A stretch of DNA of 51,302 nucleotides from an uncultured archaeon (GTDB lineage Archaea; Asgardarchaeota; Thorarchaeia; Thorarchaeales; Thorarchaeaceae): the NCBI GenBank assembly GCA_964458565.1, contig CAYWJO010000022.1, positions 1 through 51,302 on the forward strand. The letters run 5' to 3'. Position numbers and translations under genes: made by a program. Shown in pieces: positions 18,253-29,061 of the stretch; position 1 is the first letter of the stretch, and each line of letters opens with the position of its first letter. The notes under the pieces were generated by a model. It worked only from the letters and a program-made list of their open reading frames with translations. It was not told where the DNA came from and ran no database searches.

Positions 18253-20445
18253 ATGTTGTTGGTATTGAGAGAAATGAAATATAATGTACCTGAGATTCAA
18301 AGAGGTTATGCAAATCAAACTCTTTACATCAATTTGAGTAACACCACGGTCAAGATTAAACCCGTTGATGCTAGAATGAAGGAAACATTCACAGGGGGAA
18401 AAGGCTTTGATCTATGGCTCATGTGGAATAGCCTACCAAAAGACAAGATTGTGAAATGGGATGATCCTGAAAATGAGATATGCATTGCAGCCGGTCCTCT
18501 TGGAGGTGTAACGCAGTATCCTGGCGCAGGTAAATCAATAGTTACAACAATATCACCAATGACCGGTATTCCCATAGACTCGAATGTTGGAGGTTATTTT
18601 GGCCCCCACCTTAAATTCTCTGGTTTTGATGCCCTCGAGATTCAAGGTAAGGCAGAGAATGATGTATACATTCTCATTGATGGAGACAAAGGAATCATCG
18701 AAATTCGTGATGCATCAGATCTACCTGAGACTGCATATGAGATAACCCGTGTACTAAGCGAGAGACACACCGAGAAAGAAGGAAAAGACATGTCAGTTGT
18801 TACGGCAGGGCCGGGAGCTGAACATGCCTATATGGGCTGCCTAAACTTTTCTTGGTGGGATATGCGCCGGAATGTTCCACGATACAAACAGGCAGGAAGG
18901 GGAGGAATTGGAACAGTCTTCAGGAATAAAAAGATCAAAGCACTTGTTGCCAAAGTTGAACAGATACGATTAGAGATGAATAATCCTGCAGACCTTGAAG
19001 AAATCAAAAAGGTAGGCAGGGAGCATTCTGGAGAGATCCTTAAGCTAGACTCCAAACAGAACAGGATGCGTTCTATTGGAACAGCACATCTTCCATCAAT
19101 CATGGACGAGTTCGATTTATTACCTACGCGCAACTTCAGAACTGGAGGAGACCCCGAAGCTGAGAAAATATCAGGCTCAATCTGGGAAGAAATCTACACT
19201 AATCACTCGAAGGGATGGGACGGATGCTGGAGACCTTGTGCAATCAATTGTTCACACTGCATCGAGGGATTCGTTCCAAAGACAGGACCATTCAAGGGGA
19301 AGAGTGTGGTTGTTGATGGACCAGAGTATGAGACCATTGCTGGTTGCGGCTCCAATCTTGGCAACTTTGATCCTCATCGGATTGCTGAATTGAACTTCTA
19401 TGCGGATGCTTATGGAATTGATACAATCAGCTTTGGAACAACTATGGGATTTGTGATGGAGTTGTATTCAGAGGGCTATATCAACGAGAAAGCAACTGGT
19501 GGTCACAAGCTAAAATGGGGAGCTGCTGAAGAAGCACTTGCAGTTATGCATGAGATTGCAGAGGGTAAGGGTTTTGGCGGTGAGCATTTCGGAAAGGGCG
19601 TTGCATACCTTCAGAAATACTTCGCAGAGAAATTCGGTGTTGACTCCGAGCACATGCATGATATCGGAATGCAACACAAAGGTCTCGAATACAGTGAATA
19701 TGTTACAAAAGAGAGCCTAGCTCAACAAGGAGGGTATGGTCTCACGCTGAAGGGACCTCAGCATGATGAAGCATGGTTGATATTCCTAGACCAAGTACAC
19801 AACTATATACCCACCTTTGAGGATAAGGCTGAGGCACTTCATTATTTCCCAATGTGGCGTACCTGGTTTGGTCTCAATGGTCTGTGTAAGTTGCCGTGGA
19901 ACGATGTCGTGCCAGCGGACAATTCCGACACTGACGAACCAGCTAAGGTTCCAGGACACGTGTCGTTCTATGCTAGATTCTTCGAGGCCATGACCGGTCG
20001 TCCTACAAAAGGCGGAGACCTTATTGGTATGTCAGAGAAGGTCTACAACTTCCAACGCATATTCAACATTCGTCAAGGTAAGGGTCTCAGAATCAATGAC
20101 TCCTTCATCCCTTACAGAAGTGCAGGTCCAGTTACTGACTGGGAGTACGAGAGCCGTCAAGAGAGATATGATGAACAACTCAAGGAGTTGGGTATCGACA
20201 TCTCAGGAATGAGCACAACTAAGAAGAAGAAAGCTCTGCGAGAGCACAGAGAGGAGACCTATCGACTTCTCACTGATGCAGCATACAAACGTCGCGGTTG
20301 GACCCGCAATGGTGTGCCCGCATTGGAGAAAGTAAAAGCTCTTGGACTTGATTGGATTCCTGAGCTTGTTGACATTGTCAAAATGCACGAGGTTTCTGAA
20401 GCACCAAAGGATACACTCCCTGACTCAGATAATGCTTGGATATAG
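18253..20445 (+). CDS. Tungsten/molybdopterin aldehyde:ferredoxin oxidoreductase family protein
   Basis: ISPMTG..DSNVGGYFG..LKFSGFDAL, AGRGGIG, CWRPCAINC, GPEYET, DAYGIDTIS, GLCKLPW motifs. Confidence 0.9.
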   Translation: MLLVLREMKYNVPEIQRGYANQTLYINLSNTTVKIKPVDARMKETFTGGKGFDLWLMWNSLPKDKIVKWDDPENEICIAAGPLGGVTQYPGAGKSIVTTISPMTGIPIDSNVGGYFGPHLKFSGFDALEIQGKAENDVYILIDGDKGIIEIRDASDLPETAYEITRVLSERHTEKEGKDMSVVTAGPGAEHAYMGCLNFSWWDMRRNVPRYKQAGRGGIGTVFRNKKIKALVAKVEQIRLEMNNPADLEEIKKVGREHSGEILKLDSKQNRMRSIGTAHLPSIMDEFDLLPTRNFRTGGDPEAEKISGSIWEEIYTNHSKGWDGCWRPCAINCSHCIEGFVPKTGPFKGKSVVVDGPEYETIAGCGSNLGNFDPHRIAELNFYADAYGIDTISFGTTMGFVMELYSEGYINEKATGGHKLKWGAAEEALAVMHEIAEGKGFGGEHFGKGVAYLQKYFAEKFGVDSEHMHDIGMQHKGLEYSEYVTKESLAQQGGYGLTLKGPQHDEAWLIFLDQVHNYIPTFEDKAEALHYFPMWRTWFGLNGLCKLPWNDVVPADNSDTDEPAKVPGHVSFYARFFEAMTGRPTKGGDLIGMSEKVYNFQRIFNIRQGKGLRINDSFIPYRSAGPVTDWEYESRQERYDEQLKELGIDISGMSTTKKKKALREHREETYRLLTDAAYKRRGWTRNGVPALEKVKALGLDWIPELVDIVKMHEVSEAPKDTLPDSDNAWI

Positions 20446-20602
20446 GATATATGGGATGGTCAGTACAGGTAAGGCGAAAAAGAGAGAACTAAATGGAGTT
20501 CTTCACAAGTCGTTTTCCAGAACTGTATAAAATTGAATCTACAATAATTACCAATGGAATCTACGGATGTGGAAGGGGAAGAGATAATTGCATAAGTCGA
20601 TT

Positions 20603-21901
20603 TTATTGAAATTTCTTCTTCACAATAATGATAGTTGCTATTGTCACTGTACTCACAATAGCAACAATCAAGACGAGTTCAGGATTTGGCCAAGACGGAT
20701 ATGGAGTCGTGTTAGTACTAGTAGTGGTTGTATTCTCAATGCTGGTAGTACTAGTTATGGTTGTGGATGTAGTTGTTTCATTTGATGGATCACCTGTAAC
20801 TGCGCCAATGGCGTAATACACAAACCAACTACCTAGATCGAGCGAATTATCAAATGCTGTAACCACCATCATCAAGTCTAACTCCGGATGAATGCATATC
20901 GCCTGACAATCTTTTCCTAGCGCACAGAAGAAATCCTCATCGGACGATATCCACCATTTATATCCATAGTTTGTAAGTCCCTGGTAACCAGCTAGCCCTG
21001 TGATATCGACCTTTGTAGAAGTTGCATTGGCAATCCATTCAGAGGAAACAATCTGCTCATCATTCCACATTCCATTTTTAAGGATAAGATATCCGAAACG
21101 TGCTGCATCCCATGCAGTCAAATGAAGTCCTCCTTCTGCAACCACAACATCCTTGTATTTACCCCAATAACGCTCTCCGATTCCTAACGGTGTAAATAGA
21201 TATTTGCTTGCAAAGGCGATTAGGTCCATCCCCGTCACCTGTTCGAGAATCCCACCCAGAAGGATTGTCGCTCCAGAGTTATAACTCCAGAGCTGTCCTG
21301 GCTCAGCGACCATGGGTAGATCAAGGATATATTGGAGTGGATCAGGAGCATTCCAAGTTTTTGAACATGGATTTCTGTTATCCTCGTAGGGGTATTTCCA
21401 TTCATTCCACATATACCCTGGTGTCATTGTTAGTAGATGTCTGAGTGTAATGTTTGCCTTTCTACTATCCAGGTTTGCAATTTCCCTCTCGGGGAAGAAG
21501 TCTACAAGCCGCTGATCAAGAGAATCGAAATAACCCAAATCAAATGCAATTCCGATGAGAGTTGAAGTCACACTCTTGGTTACAGACCACATTTCGTGAG
21601 TCCCAGTCATCCCGAATCCAGAAGGATTCTCTTCAAAGACAATATACCCATTTCTAATGACGATTATAGCATCTACGCAGTAGTCTCTCATATTGATTCG
21701 GTCAATCATATCACGAAGTCTTTCTGGATCCATACCCTGTTTTTCAGGTGTGGAATATCTCCACTCGCTCCCAGGCCAGTAGTAATTACTACTAATTTCA
21801 CTTGGACTTTGAATTGCGGATGTTGAGACTTCAATTGGGAATCTCATCGAACTCAGGAATAAAGCAATGCAAAGAAAGAGGATGCATTCTTGTTTAGTCA
21901 T
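20603..21901 (-). CDS. Secreted, C-terminally membrane-anchored serine hydrolase (beta-lactamase class C-like family)
   Basis: Signal peptide, SVTK (SxxK), WSYNSG, YGYKWW, Thr-rich linker, TM + KKK. Confidence 0.88.
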   Translation of the reverse strand: MTKQECILFLCIALFLSSMRFPIEVSTSAIQSPSEISSNYYWPGSEWRYSTPEKQGMDPERLRDMIDRINMRDYCVDAIIVIRNGYIVFEENPSGFGMTGTHEMWSVTKSVTSTLIGIAFDLGYFDSLDQRLVDFFPEREIANLDSRKANITLRHLLTMTPGYMWNEWKYPYEDNRNPCSKTWNAPDPLQYILDLPMVAEPGQLWSYNSGATILLGGILEQVTGMDLIAFASKYLFTPLGIGERYWGKYKDVVVAEGGLHLTAWDAARFGYLILKNGMWNDEQIVSSEWIANATSTKVDITGLAGYQGLTNYGYKWWISSDEDFFCALGKDCQAICIHPELDLMMVVTAFDNSLDLGSWFVYYAIGAVTGDPSNETTTSTTITSTTSIENTTTTSTNTTPYPSWPNPELVLIVAIVSTVTIATIIIVKKKFQ

Positions 21902-23022
21902 TTGTTCATCCTCCTTGAGTATCTCATCTTCCAGAGAGCAATGACCAATAGTGAAACTCCACCGATGCCTACCACTGATATAATACCAATCTCAAACAAT
22001 GGTAGAGGTTCTTGCGTCGAGGTAGGAGTGGTGGATTTTGGAGTCTGAGTAGTTGAGGAAGAAGTCTGAGTCTGAGGTGTAGATGGGGAAACAGGAGTTG
22101 GAATCGTAAAGTTTTCAAATAACTTTGTTATATTATAGCTAGATTCTGATTCATACTCTGCTGTTTCATTATTAAAATCAAATGGGACTACCTGAGAGAA
22201 ATCATACGGAAAGAAGAAGTAAACCATCATCTCGTTTGGATCATAGATATAGCTGTATAACGAATATTCTGGAACACATGCTTCTTGTAGTATATCTCGA
22301 ACAGCATCTAAATTCAGTTCTTCTTCAGTCTGAATGTCAGATAACATTTCAACACATGTATCATACCGTTCACATGGATAGTCCCCATACCTGTTCTCCG
22401 GATTAGCGAGGTTGAAATTGGTGGATACCAGAAAGTGATTTTCTATTCGTGTGAAAACTGGATTCCCATCATCTCCAGCACTGATAACTACTGCATCACC
22501 ACTTTTGTCAGTAAAATGCATCTGGCGGGGCATGCAATCCCCCCAGATTATGAAGTTAATAGCACTATAGTAGTCAATAACTTCATCCACGGTTGAGCAC
22601 TCATTCATTGGGATATAGTCCATCCCTAGCGGATCATCAAACTCAGGGTACGCATTCATTGGCAATGCAGGAACCTCATGAAGAGAAAGAGCAAGTCCAT
22701 TCTCATTGACTCCACCTTGATATGAATTGTAGACTAGACGACCATCAGGGTGATGAAACCAAATTACCATCTTTTTTCCCCAATAAGGACTATTTGAAAA
22801 ATCAACAAATGGAGTCAATTCTCGAAACATCTCTGTTCCTTCAATCGCAGCATGGTATGTCTTATTTCCCATAGTAATTGTAAAAGCGACTGAAGCTGTG
22901 GTGTCACCGAGTTCAGATAAATTCACATTTTCACTGATTTCAAGACCCATATTGGAGATGTTCATTGGTGTAGAATATAGAATCAAGAAGAATAATAGAA
23001 TAAATGCCGACTTCAACTTCAC
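21898..23022 (-). CDS. Secreted membrane-anchored Ntn-hydrolase-like protein (C45/choloylglycine hydrolase-like)
   Basis: QGGVNENGL, ECSTVDEVI, HFTDKSGDAVVI, STNFNLAN...YPCERY; signal peptide, Ser/Thr linker, TM. Confidence 0.75.
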   Translation of the reverse strand: MKLKSAFILLFFLILYSTPMNISNMGLEISENVNLSELGDTTASVAFTITMGNKTYHAAIEGTEMFRELTPFVDFSNSPYWGKKMVIWFHHPDGRLVYNSYQGGVNENGLALSLHEVPALPMNAYPEFDDPLGMDYIPMNECSTVDEVIDYYSAINFIIWGDCMPRQMHFTDKSGDAVVISAGDDGNPVFTRIENHFLVSTNFNLANPENRYGDYPCERYDTCVEMLSDIQTEEELNLDAVRDILQEACVPEYSLYSYIYDPNEMMVYFFFPYDFSQVVPFDFNNETAEYESESSYNITKLFENFTIPTPVSPSTPQTQTSSSTTQTPKSTTPTSTQEPLPLFEIGIISVVGIGGVSLLVIALWKMRYSRRMNK

Positions 23023-23207
23023 GTTCTAACCACCAGATTGCGGTCAATTCAAAATATATTAACTATTATTATTTAAGCAATTGCGTTTTTTATCATTTTA
23101 TGGTTCTTGAAGCGTAATTTTCCGCATTCGACCAAAGTATGTCTAAGAGTAGATTATTGAAAGTAGAATAATTTCAAGAAGTTGAGTAATTATTGATCAG
23201 ATTATAG

Positions 23208-24193
23208 TCAGAGTTTTGGAATAATTCCCTCCTTCAATATCTTGATGGTGTTTAACCCGTTCTTACAAAGGTTGCCAACCATAGGAAGACCGAGAATGAT
23301 TGTGTCTGCTACATTCTTGTATTTGGAGATCTTCTCAACAACTGTATCTATAGTACCTGAAATATACTTTGTCAGCATCACTTCTAGGACCTTTGGTTTT
23401 AACTCGTCAGTTATCTCTTCGAATAACCAGTGTTGATTCAAAAGATCCTTCTTCTTCTTTTCAAAATCATCAGTATCCGCCCCAATTACCGATGTACAAA
23501 GATAAATCGACCATTTCAGTTCATCAAAGTCACGCCCAATTCTATCACATGCTTCTCTCACGCGATTTTTTTTTTATCTACGAAATCTTCTGGTGTTTCA
23601 GAATCATAGTTCAGTCCATCTGCATAACGTGCTACAATTTCCTCCATCATCGGAGTTTTTAACTTCTGATTTCCAACCCAGATGGGAACACGGGGTTTCT
23701 GCACCGGTTTAGGTTGGAACATGGTCTCTTTGATGCTATAATACTCTCCTTCAAAGCTTGGTCTATCTTCTGTCCAGAGGAGATTGATGATCTGAAGAGC
23801 CTCTCTCAGCTGGAGAATCCTTGTCTTGGTGGAAGGAAATGGATATCCATATGCTTCATACTCTGATTTCTTCCATCCTGCTCCAATACCAAAGTCTATC
23901 CTCCCATTCGATGCGTTATCCAAGTTCGTCACAATCTTGGCTAATAGTGCTGGATTTCTATAGGATTGGGAGGTAACTAATGTTCCCAAGCGAATACGTT
24001 CCGTCTGTGGAGTCAATAACGCAAGAAGTGTCCATGCATCATGACCATTCTTCTCTACACTTTCAGGATTTCCAAAGAAGTGATCAGAAACAGTAAAACT
24101 GTTTAAGTTAGCATCTTCAGCAGCTTTGGCAAGGGTCACTATTTCTTCGTAGGTATACCCCATCTGTGGTTCAATTTGGATACCAATCTTCAT
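23208..24193 (-). pseudogene. LLM-class (F420/flavin-dependent) oxidoreductase split by a frameshift in an A10 run
   Basis: N-part SDHFF, RLGTLVT, RNPALLAK, GRIDFGIGAGW, PKPVQKP; C-part REACDRIGRD continues in the -1 frame after T10 at 23566-23575. Confidence 0.75.
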
Positions 24194-24421
24194 TATATTC
24201 ACCAAATCGATAAGATTCCGTTTCAATCCGCATTAGATACAGGTCACCCTTTTATTTTCTGTATTTTTCCTGCTGGACTCACTTGCAGACAACACAGAAA
24301 CCAACGAACCTGCTGAGGTTCCATTCAATTCCTAAAAAAGTCCAATGAGAGTTTTGGAGTTAAGCCCATTGCAGGTATAATCCGATATTATTATCAGAAG
24401 GAGGTGTGAATTCCATCTACT

Positions 24422-25246
24422 ATGGGCGCTCCACTCTGGATGGTGCAACTTCTTAAGAAGACCTTTCCAAACAGACGTATCATCGCACTACTAACAAAAG
24501 TTCCTATTATCGGCAGAATTGTTGATAAACTGCTTTTTGATGGTGACTATATCATCTATCTTCCGAAAGATAATGTTATTGAGATTAAGATCGGACAACA
24601 ACTGGAAAGACCTATCGAAACCGCCTTGCCATCACAAATCGTTCATGAATTCATAGAAAAGGCAAACTATCATTGGATAATGAACTTCTGTATCTGTCGG
24701 GATGCTGCCAAATGTAAGGATTATCCCATTGAATATGGATGTTTATTCCTAGGAGAAGCAGTTCTTGATATCAATCCGCATCTAGGGAAATTGGTTTCAA
24801 AAGAAGACGCTCATGAGTATGTGAGGAAATGCAGAGAAGCTGGTTTAGTCCATTTGATTGGCAGGAATAAATTGGATGCAATGTGGTTGAATGTCAAGCC
24901 AGGTGAGAAACTCCTAACCATCTGTAATTGCTGTCCATGCTGCTGTTTATGGAAAATCCTTCCTGATCTCAATCCTGAAATTGGCAGGAAAATAACAAAG
25001 ATGAAGGGAGTTAGTGTAGAGGTAACAGAAGCATGCGTTGGTTGCGGGACCTGCACCGAGGAGGATGTCTGTTTTGTCAATGCTATTCATCTAAAGAATA
25101 ACAGAGCCTTCATTGGACCAGATTGCCGAGGTTGCGGACGGTGTGTTGAGGTATGCCCTGAAGAGGCAATCGTTCTAAACATTGACAACACCAGCTATAT
25201 TGAGGATTCAATAGAAAGCATAGATTCAATCATTGATGTCAAATGA
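24422..25246 (+). CDS. 4Fe-4S binding protein (CxCR...CNCCxCCC family with C-terminal ferredoxin)
   Basis: CICRDAAKC, ICNCCPCCC, CVGCGTC, CRGCGRCVEVCP. Confidence 0.85.
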   Translation: MGAPLWMVQLLKKTFPNRRIIALLTKVPIIGRIVDKLLFDGDYIIYLPKDNVIEIKIGQQLERPIETALPSQIVHEFIEKANYHWIMNFCICRDAAKCKDYPIEYGCLFLGEAVLDINPHLGKLVSKEDAHEYVRKCREAGLVHLIGRNKLDAMWLNVKPGEKLLTICNCCPCCCLWKILPDLNPEIGRKITKMKGVSVEVTEACVGCGTCTEEDVCFVNAIHLKNNRAFIGPDCRGCGRCVEVCPEEAIVLNIDNTSYIEDSIESIDSIIDVK

Positions 25247-25285
25247 ATGGTGGATGAACGCGATCCAACCAACTACAAATACCCC

Positions 25286-26808
25286 TTAGTCAGATTCTGA
25301 GTTGAATATTAATATACAAATATTGTCGGTGTTTTCCTCATCTCTCACCCACATGAGATTACCATTATATCTGGTCATCAAGAGTTTGATTGCAAAGAGG
25401 TCCAAATCTAAATTAGTATCCCAAATCAATTCTTCACTCTGAATGAATTCACTAATTGTATTAGGCAATTTCATACCTTGGCATTTTATGTACACGGAAG
25501 GCTTGAGTTAATTTCACTCAAGGAAATTCTTACAGGCGATTTATCATCAAATCTCCGTTTAGCAAAGAAAAGGATGGCACTTTGAAATGTAAGGTCAAGA
25601 AGTCTATCTGCCATGACTGACAGGTCCCCGCCTCTCGAATATTCTATTATAAATGATTCATCATCTAAGATGTCTTTAGAGGACTTGATAGCTTTCTTCA
25701 GCGCTTTGTCGATATCGATTGACATCAATTGAATTGGAAACGTATCCATTATTTGAGTTAATCTCAGTACCTGATTATTTACTAATGTTGCTTCTTGGCT
25801 GAGGGCTCTCGCTGCGCTAACAGTTTCATTCTCATCAACAATATCCTCAAGTTCTATTAAATCCAAATACGTAACTATTCCTTGCAGAATATTTCCCATC
25901 TTATGTGTCCACATTGAGAGATAAAACTCACTCTCTTTCTTGGAGAGCTCCAATTCGACTGTTCGTTGTTCTACAAGGGATTCGAGTATTTTATGAGGAT
26001 GGACTATTGAGCTAATGAACTGAACTGCTCCGATGAAAAACAGACCAAAAATTATCGAACCTATCCAGATTAGTTCCGCAATTTGTAGAGGGTCCCAAAG
26101 TATAATGATGAAAATTGTTCCAACTACCCATTCAGACATAGCGAACAAAAGAGAGAGATCAATGGACTCTCTGGTCTTTCTCCACTTCTGACCCAACCTT
26201 ACAACAGCAAGAATCTGAGCGACTAGATAACCAAAAGATGCAATCATTCCAATAGGTGTAAGTCCTTCTATACCACCGGTTGAATCCGTCATGAGAAATA
26301 CAGGAGTTGGACTAAAGAAAAACCACAGGCTGACAATTGGCATCAATACAGTTCCCCATAACAAAAGTATCTGGATACTCGATTTGCGAGGCTTTGCATC
26401 ACCACCAAATGATCCAATTAGAATGCATGGAACCGCTATAAGTACAAAGGCAATGCCAAGTGTTCTGTTCTTTGCCCTATCTGCAAATATAGTTGACCAA
26501 GAGGCCGAGGATGGATGAGTTACAAGAAAGAGAAATGACCAAAGGGCTAGGTTCAATCCTAGAAGTAAAAGCATCAGACTTCGAATTTCTCGAAACTGTG
26601 AGAATGATATGAATGAATAGGACGCGACCATGCCTGCAGATACAGCAAGTAGAAATGCGAGTAGAGTCAACCAGAAGGAAAATCTAGACACTGGAAGTAA
26701 AGTCCATGCAAATCCTGAGAGACCCATGACACCAATAACGATTAACATGGAAATGAACATAAGAAATAGTAACCAGCTTATCCAGTTTGATCTGGATTCG
26801 TTAGCCAA
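25286..26808 (-). pseudogene. Multi-TM sensor histidine-kinase-like protein with degenerate ATPase domain, frameshifted near 25498
   Basis: 7-8 TMs, coiled coil VEQRTVELE, H-box-like THKMGNILQ; second ORF 25286-25495 supplies the LDLFAIKLLMTRYNGNL HATPase-like end. Confidence 0.65.
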
Positions 26809-26921
26809 GTTTAATCCCTCATGCTCTAGGATTAAAATCCTTGGTCATCTGAAGCAATAAATATTACTACTCTTTACTATAAAATATAGGGTTCATCCTG
26901 ATATCAATTTTTAATTCCTTC

Positions 26922-29003
26922 TTAAGAGAGATCAATTAAACCAAAGGTATCTAGGATGAATGCATAGATAAATGCGTAGTCTTTCATATAGTCATACCGA
27001 CCACTTGCACTGAAATGTCCAGTTTCCATTTTTGTTTTCAAAAGCAATTGATTATCATCAGTCCGTAGGTTACGCATCTTTGCTACCCATTTTGCTGGTT
27101 CCCAATATTGTACGCGTGGGTCATTATAACCTGCTGTTATCAACATCTGGGGATAATTCTTTGCTACTACATTATCGTAAGGCGAATATTCAATCATCCA
27201 ATAGAATTCTTCTTTGATGTTTGGATTACCCCACTCTTTGTATTCAAAGGTAGTCAATGGGATTGTATCATCCATCATGGTATTGATCACATCAACAAAA
27301 GGTACTGAAGCAACGATGCAACCAAAGAGGTCGGGTCGAAGATTGGCAATTGCACCCATCAAGAGACCTCCTGCACTTCCACCCCACGCACATAGCTTCT
27401 CTGAAGAGGTGAATTTGTTCTCTATGAGATATTCTGCACAAGTGATGAAATCAGTGAATGTGTTCATCTTATGCTTGAGTTTTCCTTGGTGATACCATTT
27501 CAGTCCAAACTCACCACCTCCACGCACATGGGCAATAGCGAATATCATCCCTCTTTCTAGAAGACAAAGTCGTTTTGAATCGAATGCTGGATCCACCGGC
27601 GACCCATAGGATCCATAACCGTAAAGCTGGAGAGGTGTTTGAGTAGTAATTTCCAAATCCTTTCTATAGGCAAGAGAAATTGGTATCTTGGCTCCATCAC
27701 AAGCTTGCGCATATCTTCTTTCGGTTACATATTGACTTGAATCATAATCTTCAATCTCATCGATCTTTTTTAGTACCAATTCTCTTGAGTTCATATCATA
27801 GTCATAAACAGATTTTGGAGTTACTAATGAACTAAAATAGAATCTGAAGGAATCTGTATTAAATTCTGGATTTCCAAAGTAAAAGACATCAGAGATTACA
27901 ATGAAGCTGAGGCTAATCGCATAGATTGACTCAGGCATTTCGATATCATGTAATTCACCTGATACAATATCAAATACTGATAGGTTTTGATAGCCACCTC
28001 TCCTCGATAGAATTACAGCCTTATTTTGAAATAGATGGAAACTCGGCCAACGGGTTTCAAACGTCTGGTTTGTAAGGAGATTCCATTTCTCTCTTCTCGT
28101 TTCTGAAGGATGCGCTTTGTACAATCTATATGTATATTGATTCTCATGATTTGATAGAATGTAAAATGAACCTTGATGATGTTCAAATACAGGTTCCAAA
28201 CCCTCAGTTCTAGGGAAGAATGTTGTAGGTGTTCTTTCTGCTTTTCCCAAGTCTATGTATCTCAACTCCACGGTCTCTGAGGCATACCCTGCAATATACA
28301 TCAGAATGTGAGATTGATCTTTTGATTTCTGGAGGAATAACATGAATGTGTTATCGTCCTCTTGAAATACACGAATATCTTCAGACTGAGCTGCGCCTAC
28401 CACATGTCTCGACAATGCATATTCCCTGTGAATCTCATCTAGTTCGGTATAAAACAAAGCAGTTTCATCACTGTCCCACTCGAGCTGTGAACCGACTTTC
28501 GAAAGATTGTCAATTACATCCCCTGAGGATAAATCAACAACATGCACATCAAATATCTCATCTCCAGCAAAGTCTACAGTGTAAGCCAAAAAGTCATGAT
28601 TGCAACTCATCTTCAAAGCTCTAATGTTAAGATAGTTCTGACCTTCAGCTAATTTGTTCTCGTCAAGAATGATTTCTTCTTCAGCATCTAATGATTGATA
28701 CTTGCGACAATGAATGCGATAATTCAGTCCCTCCTTATTTCGAGCATAGTAGTAGTATTCACCGAATTTGATTGGTACAGTTTCATCGTCTTCATTTATT
28801 CGACCCTTCATTTCATCAAATAATTTTTCCTGCAATTCTTCAGTAGGAGTCATCATGTCTTTTGTGTATTCATTTTCAAGGGTTAGGTACTTAATTACTT
28901 CATCAGCACCTTTGTTCCGTAGCCAATAGTAGTCATCCTTGAACTTCATTCCATGGATTTCGTACTCTCGAGGCTTCTTGTGGGCAACGGGAGGTATTGA
29001 CAT
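26922..29003 (-). CDS. ptrB: Oligopeptidase B (S9A serine peptidase)
   Basis: DDYYWLR, LYGYGSYG, HVRGGGE, GGSAGG nucleophile, EWGNP, DPRVQYWEPAKW, GHF; ATG at 29003. Confidence 0.92.
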   Translation of the reverse strand: MSIPPVAHKKPREYEIHGMKFKDDYYWLRNKGADEVIKYLTLENEYTKDMMTPTEELQEKLFDEMKGRINEDDETVPIKFGEYYYYARNKEGLNYRIHCRKYQSLDAEEEIILDENKLAEGQNYLNIRALKMSCNHDFLAYTVDFAGDEIFDVHVVDLSSGDVIDNLSKVGSQLEWDSDETALFYTELDEIHREYALSRHVVGAAQSEDIRVFQEDDNTFMLFLQKSKDQSHILMYIAGYASETVELRYIDLGKAERTPTTFFPRTEGLEPVFEHHQGSFYILSNHENQYTYRLYKAHPSETRREKWNLLTNQTFETRWPSFHLFQNKAVILSRRGGYQNLSVFDIVSGELHDIEMPESIYAISLSFIVISDVFYFGNPEFNTDSFRFYFSSLVTPKSVYDYDMNSRELVLKKIDEIEDYDSSQYVTERRYAQACDGAKIPISLAYRKDLEITTQTPLQLYGYGSYGSPVDPAFDSKRLCLLERGMIFAIAHVRGGGEFGLKWYHQGKLKHKMNTFTDFITCAEYLIENKFTSSEKLCAWGGSAGGLLMGAIANLRPDLFGCIVASVPFVDVINTMMDDTIPLTTFEYKEWGNPNIKEEFYWMIEYSPYDNVVAKNYPQMLITAGYNDPRVQYWEPAKWVAKMRNLRTDDNQLLLKTKMETGHFSASGRYDYMKDYAFIYAFILDTFGLIDLS

Positions 29004-29061
29004 AACAATTATGAAAGCTAGCAATTAGATAAATTTACCCAGACATGGAATTTATTCCGGT

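Noticed and set aside
20462-20527. Nested stem after the AOR gene
   Set aside because: Pairing is short and G-U rich; no distinguishing motif
20700-20780. GTA/GTT-rich repeats here, at ~22020-22100 and ~40670-40740
   Set aside because: They encode Thr/Ser linkers of anchored proteins; not CRISPR or DNA repeats
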